A DNA stretch of 64,000 nucleotides, taken from assembly GCA_965203295.1 (NCBI GenBank), contig CBDBCZ010000019.1, positions 2,240,001 to 2,304,000 of the forward strand. Reading direction: 5' to 3'. The notes beneath the pieces are model-generated. The model had not been told where the DNA came from. It saw nothing but the letters and a program-made list of their open reading frames with translations, and made no database searches. The position numbers and the translations under genes are program-made. Source of the stretch: Nitrospirales bacterium. Lineage in GTDB: Bacteria > Nitrospirota > Nitrospiria > Nitrospirales > UBA8639. Below, piece by piece: positions 22,505-31,295 of the stretch; position 1 is the stretch's first letter, and every line of letters starts with the position of its first letter.

Positions 22505-22621
22505 TTATCAGGAAGTAGTTCTTTCGAAGTAATTTTTAGGAGGTAGTTGTATCTAAGAAAGAAATTATGGTAATTTTCTTGTGTTCCATTCCTGGCCCAA
22601 CAGGCTGAATCAGAGGACGGA

Positions 22622-22900
22622 ATGGCCAAGATCAAGAACAAAATAGGAGAACCAAGCGGGAATTCCCGTGAAAAACTTGATGAGCCCTTCTCACTCACAG
22701 AACGTCAGAAAGAAATTATTCGACTGGTTGCCCAGGGTCACACGAATCGGGAAATCGGGGAACAACTTGACATTAGTGTTCGCACCGTAGAAGTTCACCG
22801 CTTTAACCTCATGCGACGACTCAGAGTCCGGAACGTCGCCCAATTACTTCGTCAGGGTCTTTTACTTCGGCTTATTCCAAAAAACTTTGCTTCGAAGTAA
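22622..22900 (+). CDS. Stand-alone LuxR/GerE-type HTH regulator
   Basis: LTERQKEI...G.TNREI...ISVRTVEVHR; no receiver domain. Confidence 0.9.
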   Translation: MAKIKNKIGEPSGNSREKLDEPFSLTERQKEIIRLVAQGHTNREIGEQLDISVRTVEVHRFNLMRRLRVRNVAQLLRQGLLLRLIPKNFASK

Positions 22901-22953
22901 CCCCACCTGAAGAACTCCCCCACTCAGAGGTGTGACTCATGGGTCCTTACCAC

Positions 22954-23110
22954 GTCATCACCGGAATTTTTTTTAGCGGGGATCCATCTTTCCTGATAAT
23001 CCTGGATGCCCGCCTACAACTGCGGGCATGACGAATCAGACCCCCCGCGTGGAGCAGGAATTTCCAAACTTCATCTGACAATGTCCGTCAACTGAAATTC
23101 AAGTTTTTAC
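22954..23110 (+). repeat. Repeat family 1 (REP/MITE-like), copy A
   Basis: gtcat...tagcggggatccatcttt...ctggatgcccgc...ctgcgggcatgac...gcaggaa...aacttcatctgaca...ttcaagtttttac; recurs at 40299, 44293 and 53325. Confidence 0.85.
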
Positions 23111-23113
23111 TCA

Positions 23114-24040
23114 TCAGAGTTCCTTGAGCATTCCCCGGCATTCAGCTAAAGACGGGTATCCCTTTTGCGTCAGCACGTTCTCCAGCTCCTGACCAATACG
23201 CGCAAACGCCTCTAAGCCCTCGTCCACTAACGTCGTCCCAATTTGGACAGCAGAAGCCCCACACAAGATATGTTCAAACACGTCTGTTCCCGTCGTAATT
23301 CCGCCGACTCCGATGATAGGAATGCGCCCCTTCAATAACTTCCAAAAAGCCCTGACATTGGCCAAAGCCACTGGCTTAATGATTTTGCCACCAATTCCCC
23401 CAAACCCACCTTTTGGTTTAATCACGACCGACTCTTGCTCAGGATCAATGACTAAGCCATTCCCCACAGAATTGATTAATGAGAGAAAAGAGACTCCAAC
23501 TAGATCCAAAACTTCCGCCATCTGTTCATGATGAATGGGATCAAAATAAGGAGGAAGTTTGACCCCTAAGGGAACCGTCACAATCGAACGCAATTCATTG
23601 AGAATCCTTTCAGTCGCTTCCCGATCATATCCAATCTGAGGTTTTCCAGTAATATTGGGGCAGGACAGGTTACATTCAATCAGATCCGGTCTAGCCTCAT
23701 TGATGGCCTGGGCAGCTTCCAGAAAGTCTTGTTCCTTCAATCCGGCAATACTCGCAATGATGGGTTTACGAAATCGACGAAGGTCCGGCAGAAGCTTGGC
23801 ATAGGCTCGATAGCCGAGGTTGGGAAGCCCCATAGAATTAATAGAACCACCCTCAAAACTCCAATATCTTGGGTTTGGATTTCCAGACCGAGGCTCGGGA
23901 GTCATGGATTTGGTCACAATGGCCCCGCACCAAGAGCGTCCCAAAGCTTCCAGCTCTTCCTGTGTCACACAACAGGCTCCGGCCGCGTTCATGAGACAGT
24001 TGGGAAACTCTACTCCGGCAATAGTCGTGGAGAGATTCAT
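23114..24040 (-). CDS. pyrD: Dihydroorotate dehydrogenase, class 1A-like
   Basis: SINSMGLPNLG, NLSCPN, VKLPPY and KPKGGFGGIGG motifs. Confidence 0.93.
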   Translation of the reverse strand: MNLSTTIAGVEFPNCLMNAAGACCVTQEELEALGRSWCGAIVTKSMTPEPRSGNPNPRYWSFEGGSINSMGLPNLGYRAYAKLLPDLRRFRKPIIASIAGLKEQDFLEAAQAINEARPDLIECNLSCPNITGKPQIGYDREATERILNELRSIVTVPLGVKLPPYFDPIHHEQMAEVLDLVGVSFLSLINSVGNGLVIDPEQESVVIKPKGGFGGIGGKIIKPVALANVRAFWKLLKGRIPIIGVGGITTGTDVFEHILCGASAVQIGTTLVDEGLEAFARIGQELENVLTQKGYPSLAECRGMLKEL

Positions 24041-24073
24041 AACCTGCATGGATCCGATCGTTTCATGCACTCC

Positions 24074-24751
24074 TCAAGAAGTGCCACAAAGATGCCCATC
24101 TCGTAACTCAAGCCGTCGATCCGCTACTTTGGCAGCAGCTTCCCAGTGTGTCGCCAACACCACGGTTTGTCCTTCATTCTGGGAAATCTGACGAAGCAAT
24201 TTCACCACTTCCTCCGCATTATGGGAATCCAAATTTCCAGTCGGTTCATCGGCCAGAATAATTTTTGGACGATGCACAATCGCCCGAGCGATCGCCACAC
24301 GTTGCTGTTCCCCTCCAGAAAGTTCACTTGGCCGATGCTGAGATCGTTCTTCCAATCCCACCATATTGAGGCATTGTGACACCCGCGCTTTTACGACAGA
24401 AGAAGATTCTCCAGCCAATACGAGAGGGAGGGCCACATTTTCCTCAGCTGTCAAGCCAGGGACAAGATGAAAGGCTTGAAACACCATCCCCAAAACCTCT
24501 CGTCTCATCTTGGTCCACTCTTTGTCAGAAAATCCTTGAGTGGAAGACCCATTGATCACAATGTTTCCAGAAGTCACGTCATCTAAACCACCAATGAGAT
24601 TGAGTAGAGTACTTTTTCCACTCCCACTTGGACCCATAATAACGCAGAATTCTCCTTTGGGGAGGCAGAAGGAAAGATTTTCAAGGGCTCGGATGACGGA
24701 ACGTCCACGTCGGTATTCTTTAAAAACATGGTCGACCATGAGCATAGACAT
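24074..24751 (-). CDS. ABC transporter ATP-binding protein (LolD/MacB-like)
   Basis: [17 protein letters not shown] and ADEPTGNLD motifs. Confidence 0.95.
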   Translation of the reverse strand: MSMLMVDHVFKEYRRGRSVIRALENLSFCLPKGEFCVIMGPSGSGKSTLLNLIGGLDDVTSGNIVINGSSTQGFSDKEWTKMRREVLGMVFQAFHLVPGLTAEENVALPLVLAGESSSVVKARVSQCLNMVGLEERSQHRPSELSGGEQQRVAIARAIVHRPKIILADEPTGNLDSHNAEEVVKLLRQISQNEGQTVVLATHWEAAAKVADRRLELRDGHLCGTS

Positions 24752-24944
24752 CTCCATGTGGACCGTTTCTCTCACCTGCTCTCAGTGAAAACCATGAATA
24801 CCAGATAATCTTTCCTATATCACAATAGAGAGAAATCCCACAACGAGAACCTCTTCATCCCCAACGGCAAAGGAAGTTCCTGGGATTCTTGACAGAAAAT
24901 CAGCTAATCCTTAAGGTTGAAGGCCTCCTCGTTTTTTTTCGTCA

Positions 24945-25688
24945 ATGTTGATGATACCTGGAACAGGATTTCTCAGACAGGCATTACATACCATTCTTCC
25001 CGTCGATTGCCACCATTGCGGTCAGGCTCTTTGGGATGATCCTATCCCATTTTTCTGTCAGTATTGTTGGAAGCAGATCACACCATGCACCTTACCAACT
25101 TGCTCTCGTTGCGACCGCCCATTTCAATCTCCTATTGCCCTACTGCATAGTCCTCTTCACCAATGCAGCTCATGTCGAATCCATCCACCAGCCTACACGA
25201 AAGCCTGGACTCCTTACGGATACGAATCTCCTCTCAAGGAAGCCATTTGCCAATTTAAATACCATGGGAAAATTGGATTGACCCGTCCCTTAGCAAGCCT
25301 CCTCATCGAGGCCTTAGGAGATTCCTTGCCGAATATTGATTGCATCGTGCCCGTCCCGCTTCATCCCAATCGTCTACGTGAACGAGAATATAACCAATCA
25401 CTCCTTCTTGCCGATCAGTTAGGACGCCATTGGAACATTCCCGTGCGCCCTGAGCTCCTCGTCCGAATTCGGCCTAGCGTCCTCCAAGCAACCCTTAAAC
25501 GCAGAGCATGTCTCAAGAATCTGCGGTGCACGTTTGGCGTAACGCAGGCATCGAAAGTTGCCGGAAAATCCGTTTTAGTGGTAGACGATGTTTTCACAAC
25601 AGGAACAACCGTCAACGAATGCGCGAAAGTCCTTCGAAAAGCTGGGACGGGAAATATCTATGTTGGGACTTTGGCCAGAATGAGTTAA
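24945..25688 (+). CDS. comF: ComF-family phosphoribosyltransferase
   Basis: Double zinc ribbon, R.YNQS and VVDDVFTTGTT motifs. Confidence 0.9.
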   Translation: MLMIPGTGFLRQALHTILPVDCHHCGQALWDDPIPFFCQYCWKQITPCTLPTCSRCDRPFQSPIALLHSPLHQCSSCRIHPPAYTKAWTPYGYESPLKEAICQFKYHGKIGLTRPLASLLIEALGDSLPNIDCIVPVPLHPNRLREREYNQSLLLADQLGRHWNIPVRPELLVRIRPSVLQATLKRRACLKNLRCTFGVTQASKVAGKSVLVVDDVFTTGTTVNECAKVLRKAGTGNIYVGTLARMS

Positions 25689-25756
25689 CCCAAAGTTTTG
25701 TCGGTAGGAGCCTTGCTCTTTACCTAGAAGCTTGGCCCCTGATGGAGTTTTCTTGT

Positions 25757-25996
25757 ATGCCAATTTTCGAATATCGGTGCCTTGAATGCCGAAAGCGAAG
25801 CACGATTTTAACCCTCAAACCAACAAAAAATTCCGCTCAATGTATCCATTGCAAAAGTCATAACGTTGAAAAAATCATGTCACGATTTGCCTCTAATAAG
25901 TCGGAGGCGATCAGGAATGATGCACTCATCGATCCTAGTCGATTAGGAGATTTCGACGAATCCATGGGAGGCTGTTGTGAAAGTGGAGAAGAATAG
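25757..25996 (+). CDS. FmdB-family zinc-ribbon protein
   Basis: MPIFEYRCLEC...CIHC.S..VEKIMS motif. Confidence 0.85.
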   Translation: MPIFEYRCLECRKRSTILTLKPTKNSAQCIHCKSHNVEKIMSRFASNKSEAIRNDALIDPSRLGDFDESMGGCCESGEE

Positions 25997-26120
25997 GTCT
26001 TTTGGAAAAGACTCCAAGCCCCCCCCAAATAACTTCTTGACTTTATTACGTGTTTTTTCTAGGCTAATTTTTCCTAAAAGGAAACATGTAAAAATCAGGG
26101 CATGAAGGAAAGTTTCATCG

Positions 26121-26561
26121 ATGTTTGCCGGGCAATACCATTGTAAACTAGACGAAAAAGGCCGGTTCATCGTTCCCAGCCCAATCCGAGAACAGTTGGA
26201 AGCTGAGGGGGAGAGCGTGTTTTTTTTAAAGGGACACGACGTACCGCTCTCGGCTTATTCTTCAACAGAATGGACAAAGGTCTTGGAGAAGGCCAAACAA
26301 ACCTTCGATGAGGACCAAAGCCGCCTGTTCATGCACTTTGTCGTATCCGAAGCCTCATCATCCGAAATAGACAAGGCAGGCCGCCTCTTAATTCCAGGAA
26401 AGCTTCGAAAGGTCATTCCTATTGACGATGACCAGGAAATCGTCTTGGTCGGCATGTATCATAGGCTCGAACTATGGAATCCTTCACAATGGCGTCGGTA
26501 TCTCATGAAGAATGAAGACAATTTTGAACAATCTATTGGGAAGATGCTGAACCTTCTTTAA
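26121..26561 (+). CDS. mraZ: MraZ-family transcriptional regulator
   Basis: MF.G...LDEKGR...IDKAGR..IP...LELW (tandem AbrB-like repeats). Confidence 0.9.
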   Translation: MFAGQYHCKLDEKGRFIVPSPIREQLEAEGESVFFLKGHDVPLSAYSSTEWTKVLEKAKQTFDEDQSRLFMHFVVSEASSSEIDKAGRLLIPGKLRKVIPIDDDQEIVLVGMYHRLELWNPSQWRRYLMKNEDNFEQSIGKMLNLL

Positions 26562-26622
26562 GTCGTCATTCGAGTCCCAATGTCATTCCTAACCTTTCCT
26601 ATCCTTCCATTCTGAATTTTCC

Positions 26623-27177
26623 TTGATACCTATTCCTTCATCGAGAACCCCTTCGAAGAACGTCAAAAAGAGAACAATTTCGATAACTCGCGTTCGAAAG
26701 TCGTCTTCTATCATTCGAGTTCTTCCCCGATCCAAAAGTTCTACTTCACAAACATCTGGAAAATTGGCTACGACCCTACTGAGTAGCAACCCGATGTTGA
26801 TGGCCCTTCCTCTCCCCCCAACAATCAATAAGCAATACGCCACGGTCCAGGGTCGACGCGTGCTGTCCTCTCAAGGAAGACGGTACAAAACAGAAGTTTC
26901 TCAATTTCTCCTTAAACAATTTGCGACAAATCGGGGGTGTGCCCCCTCTCCAGCTATCCTCCAAACTCATTTTCTCCGACTCACCCTGTGTTTTTATTTC
27001 TCATCCCTTCTAAAACGGGACCTAGACGGCGGAGTCAAAATAACTCAGGATGCGATTTGTGAACCCTTGGAAATCAATGATAATCGAATCTTAGAACTTC
27101 ACCTGTACAAATATCAGGACAAGGAGTTCCCAAGGGTGGAATGCACACTCACGCCTCTTTATCCTCTAAAGAAATAG
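26623..27177 (+). CDS. RusA-family Holliday junction resolvase-like protein
   Basis: LPLPPTIN..Y and RDLD...K...DA...INDN.I motifs. Start is uncertain. Confidence 0.8.
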   Translation: MIPIPSSRTPSKNVKKRTISITRVRKSSSIIRVLPRSKSSTSQTSGKLATTLLSSNPMLMALPLPPTINKQYATVQGRRVLSSQGRRYKTEVSQFLLKQFATNRGCAPSPAILQTHFLRLTLCFYFSSLLKRDLDGGVKITQDAICEPLEINDNRILELHLYKYQDKEFPRVECTLTPLYPLKK

Positions 27178-27208
27178 GCAAGAAAAGTGTGAGCATTGTT
27201 CCCCAAAA

Positions 27209-27751
27209 TTATTCTTCAAGTACCGGCTCAGGCAGACCACCAACCATCGCAAGAACTAGCCCGAGGATCAACGCCTGGACCACCCATCCAATGAGGCACA
27301 CGCCAACAGCCCGTAATGTACTGTGATAATCCAAGGCTTGCCGCACGGCAATCACCATGGCCACCAGCATCCAGATTCCGGCAATAAGATGAACAGCTTC
27401 GTCTAAGGACGGGATAATCCCCAGGACTCGAATCAGACCTGGAGCGCTCGAAAACCCGATCGTCCGTAGGAGTTCTCCCTGATCAGCATGTGTTTGGGGT
27501 TCAGGCAGGAGTTTCGTGCCAATAAAGTAGGTCATGAAAGCCCAGATATACCACCCGATCAGGGCTCCGACCGTGCCAACCACCAAGCCCATTACTCCAA
27601 GCACGTCATACAGCCCAACCCCACTCGCGAGGCTCGACAACACGACCACTGTCATGGCCTGACCAAGAGCACTTTTGTCTGCTTCTACCTCTTCATATAA
27701 GTGGACATCGAGCATTGAAGCTCGAATCATCCGATTCACAAATGGCGTCAT
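27209..27751 (-). CDS. YIP1-family membrane protein
   Basis: Five hydrophobic segments; LYEEVEAD and AVRQALD motifs. Confidence 0.8.
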   Translation of the reverse strand: MTPFVNRMIRASMLDVHLYEEVEADKSALGQAMTVVVLSSLASGVGLYDVLGVMGLVVGTVGALIGWYIWAFMTYFIGTKLLPEPQTHADQGELLRTIGFSSAPGLIRVLGIIPSLDEAVHLIAGIWMLVAMVIAVRQALDYHSTLRAVGVCLIGWVVQALILGLVLAMVGGLPEPVLEE

Positions 27752-27922
27752 ACGTGTTGACCTTCGTGTCCTCAGAGAGCAACTTCTACTAGGGCTGAAA
27801 TAGTACTTTCCTTAAGTGGGGAGGACTTTGCGCTACTATGTTGCCGTAAATAGTAATTAAGGAATCTCTAAACAGGCGGTCAAATTCATAAACATTAGGA
27901 AGTGATGGTGGGGAAAATTTAC

Positions 27923-28200
27923 TTAAACCTTTGAATGGGTTTTCTTGGAACCGAGTTTTTCAATCAATTGTTCATTAGGAGTGAAAATGTAAGTCCGACC
28001 TTCTTTCTTTTTTTTCAAGAAGCCTCTTTTAGTCAGATATAAAAGATCTTGTCTGGCCGTTTGATACACAATGGCATGATGATTCTGATGAGATTCAATT
28101 GTGTAAACAGCATTGGGATGCCGGATGGCATGATAAATCAAACCCTTCTGCCTCAAGTTAAAGCCTTTATAATTATTTAGGCACTCATTTTAACTGAAAA
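27923..28200 (-). pseudogene. C-terminal HTH fragment resembling Fic-family proteins
   Basis: LNLRQ..LI.HAI.HP...YTI.SHQ..H...YQTAR.DL..L...GFL; no Fic catalytic domain upstream; AT-rich. Confidence 0.6.
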
Positions 28201-28438
28201 ATTTAGATTTAAACTTCCAGACACTCTGCGATGGAGTCTAGCCCTACCCCTAACAATGCAGCCCCGTCAATGAAGTCCGTCATTCTCTCGGCACCGATGA
28301 CACGGAGGAGTGCAGAGCCCTGAATAGCCTGTCCTCGTGAAAACGGGGACGGGAATCCAGATTTGCGCACTCTCAAAATACATCTGAATAAACCTTTATG
28401 CCACCAGATCAAACCCAAGCCTACGGACGGGCCGGGTT

Positions 28439-29077
28439 TCAGGAAGAAAGAGGTTGAATTTCCACAAAATGCTTAACGGACTTCACCCCCCCTTGGTTGT
28501 CCGAATAATATCCAAGACTTTATCTAACTCCGCTTGGCTTCGGGTTCGACCAATCAGATACACTTGATTCCGCACGGAACGCCATCGATAATTCACAGAA
28601 GTCATCCCTTTAGCGGCGATGAGCTGGGCCTCAATCTTCGTGGCAATCCAGAAATCATCGACCGTTTGGCCCATGCCTTCGGTATCTTTCCTTATCCTGT
28701 TGTTCAACTTGCTTACGACGACGTTCCTTTTCTTCCGGAGTCACGATTTGTATTTCATCGTACAGCGCTTTATGTCTAGCATCAGCCTTTGCCATTTGGA
28801 CGACTTCATCGCGAACGTTTGGATCATCCAGGGTGCCGGTAAGCAACACACGCTGCTCCCAAACATCCACATTCACATCCAGCAATAAACCCTTATCTTT
28901 GCCCGATAAATCCGAAAGAAAATTCGTCGCCATTTTTGTATCCGTGACCTGATTTTCCGTGCTGCGATCTTCCAGCGCTTTTTCCCCGGTCTCCATCAAA
29001 ACAGTGGTGCATCCGGATGCCAGAAGGGCGATAGCCCCAATACTAAAAATCCCGAGTCTTGTTAATGAACGATTCAT
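28439..29077 (-). pseudogene. Dual-BON-domain lipoprotein (DolP-like), two frameshifts
   Basis: Lipobox LASGC; BON1 RVLLTG; BON2 DFWIATKIEAQL...VYLIG in another frame after about 28690; tail VKSVKHFVEI after the G7 run at 28486-28492. Confidence 0.85.
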
Positions 29078-29379
29078 GTCGCGCTCCTCTTCTTGTTAAG
29101 CAAATAAGGCCATTGGACCTTCAAAAGAACCAGGACCTGATGGCATGCTCTGCGCGTCTGAAAAACGTGCCACTTCTATTTCCTTGGTTTTGCCCTGTTT
29201 CGAAGTACTTGCTTTGTCTTTTCTCCCTGTACATTACCGCAAAACCACAAGCAAAAAAGTTCGAACCGCTCAGATCTCGCTCCCAATAAGGCGTTTCGGC
29301 CATTTAAGGAAAGGCAACTATGTTCGAGCCTCCTCAGAAAATAACCCTTTTTCCAAGTTAGATCAAATAGTTAGGAAAA

Positions 29380-29455
29380 TGGCGCGCCCGACAGGAGTCG
29401 AACCTGTAACCTCTTGATCCGTAGTCAAGTGCTCTATCCATTGAGCTACGGGCGC
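29380..29455 (-). tRNA. tRNA-Arg(ACG)
   Basis: GCGCCCGTAGCTCAATGGATAGAGCACTTGACTACGGATCAAGAGGTTACAGGTTCGACTCCTGTCGGGCGCGCCA folds as a cloverleaf. Confidence 0.97.
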
Positions 29456-29760
29456 GTGGCGTGATTTATCAATGAGTTAGATGAGCAGTTCTTTTGACTG
29501 AAATTAGCTCGTATTAAATAAGCATCAAATAGATGAAAAGTAGCGCACTTTATACAGGTCCTTTGGGAGTACCGTCAATTCAACACAGCGGTCATTTTAA
29601 ATCAGTTCGCTAGTTACCTCTCCTTAAGTTCGTGGTTTGTTCTGGTTTCCACTTCCTCTGTTCCTTCACGTTGACACACGATCAGCCACGCAATAATTGA
29701 GGTGGCCCGGAATTGACAGACACCTGAAAATAGGGACAATATGTTCCGAGGAGGTGTCGT

Positions 29761-30054
29761 ATGGGCCAACGCAAAACGTTTATGCCCGAGTTCAAGCGTG
29801 AAGCGGTGCAGTTGCTGGAAAGTGGGAGCCGCCCGGCCTCTCAAATTGCCCGCGAACTTGGGATTAAACGCAACCAACTATAATAAGTGGCAAACGGAAT
29901 TGAAAGCTCGAGGGACAGCTGCGTTCCCTGGTTCTGGAATGCGGCGTAAGCGCAGCGATGAGGTGAGTCGATTGAAGCAGGATTTAGCGCGCGTGACTGA
30001 GGAGCGGGACATTTTAAAAAAGCCGCGGCGTACTTTGCCAAGGAACTCCGATGA
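29761..30054 (+). pseudogene. IS3 OrfA, disrupted
   Basis: MGQRKTF.PEFKREAV...IARELGI then TAA TAA at 29881; continues in the +1 frame; the AAAYFAKELR end returns to the original frame. Confidence 0.85.
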
Positions 30055-30914
30055 AGTACGCTTTTATTCATGCACATCGTCAGGAGTTCCGCGTGACGCG
30101 GCTGTGTCACACCCTACAAGTTAGTCGCAGTGGATTTTATGCGTGGCAGCAGCGCCCTGAAAGTCGCCGGGGGCAACAGAATCGGGATTTGGTGGACCGG
30201 ATGCAAGTCCTGCATCAACAAACGCGAGAAGCCTACGGGGCCCGGAAGATGTGGCACTTGTTGAAGAGCGAAAGCCAGGAGTATGGCCGGCATCGGGTCG
30301 CCCGCTTGCGGCAGCTGGCAGGAATCGTAGCGCGGCGGCGCCAACGCTTTGTCCGGACAATACAGGCGCGGCCGGAGAAAGTCTTCATTCCCAACCACCT
30401 GGATCGCCAGTTCACGGTCGCGGAGAAAAACCGCGTGTGGGCCTCGGATCTCACCTACATGCCCACCCGCGCCGGATGGTTGTATCTTGCCGTCCTGCTC
30501 GATCTCTATTCCCGTCGCGTGGTGGGTTGGAGTATGAGTGAGCGGCAGAGTGCCACGCTTGTGGTGGATGCCTGGCGGATGGCTTGGCTGCAACGGCAAC
30601 CCGGCACGGGCTTACCCCACCACAGTGATCAAGGGAACCAGTATACGGCGAGTCTGTATCGCACGTTGCTGACCCGTCGCGGTGTGGTGCTGAGTTTGAG
30701 TCGCAAGGGCAACTGTTATGACAATGCGGTGGTGGAAAGTTTTTTCAGCACGCTCAAGAACGAACTGACGCACCATCAGCCGTTTCAAGACCGAACCGAA
30801 GCTCGTCGGGCGATCTTTGAGTATATCGAGGGATTCTATAACCGCAAGCGGCTCCACCAGACGTTGGGGTATCGCAGTCCCGAAAAATTCGAACAGCATG
30901 CCGGTGACTCTTAA
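30051..30914 (+). CDS. IS3 OrfB DDE transposase
   Basis: WASDLTY, HSDQGNQY and DNAVVESFF (DDE triad). Confidence 0.95.
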   Translation: MKYAFIHAHRQEFRVTRLCHTLQVSRSGFYAWQQRPESRRGQQNRDLVDRMQVLHQQTREAYGARKMWHLLKSESQEYGRHRVARLRQLAGIVARRRQRFVRTIQARPEKVFIPNHLDRQFTVAEKNRVWASDLTYMPTRAGWLYLAVLLDLYSRRVVGWSMSERQSATLVVDAWRMAWLQRQPGTGLPHHSDQGNQYTASLYRTLLTRRGVVLSLSRKGNCYDNAVVESFFSTLKNELTHHQPFQDRTEARRAIFEYIEGFYNRKRLHQTLGYRSPEKFEQHAGDS

Positions 30915-31295
30915 CTTCGTGTCTGTTTTTTTAGGGTCACCTCATTATGTTTTGGGAGCGAATTTAGAGAAGAAGACGTACTGGCTTAGGAAGAGTTACC
31001 GGTTGCGAAGATTTGGTGGGAAGAAGAACAGGATTGGGCGAAGAAAGCGGTAATGGAGACTACGTCGCCGTCAAATAGCTATCAACTCCTCTCTTACCCC
31101 TGATGTGGAAGCTGAAGACCTCACGTTCCCTGTTGGAGCGACTCTCGGTTTCGGTATACATTAGATATACTTGTTTGCGACAGTTTTCGAGGCATTCCGG
31201 TGTTAATCCTCGAATCCTCTATCCGTCTTGGACTGAGCTGGCGAATGCAAGTCCGTATTGATGCCACTTCAAAGACCGCAGAGTAGAAAAACACG

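Larger units (their letters stand above)
29698..30944 (+). mobile_element. IS3-family insertion sequence, probably defective
   Basis: TG...CA ends with 26 bp imperfect IRs (tgaggtggcccggaattgacagacac vs tgaggtgaccctaaaaaaacagacac); orfA and orfB overlap at ATGA. Confidence 0.93.
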
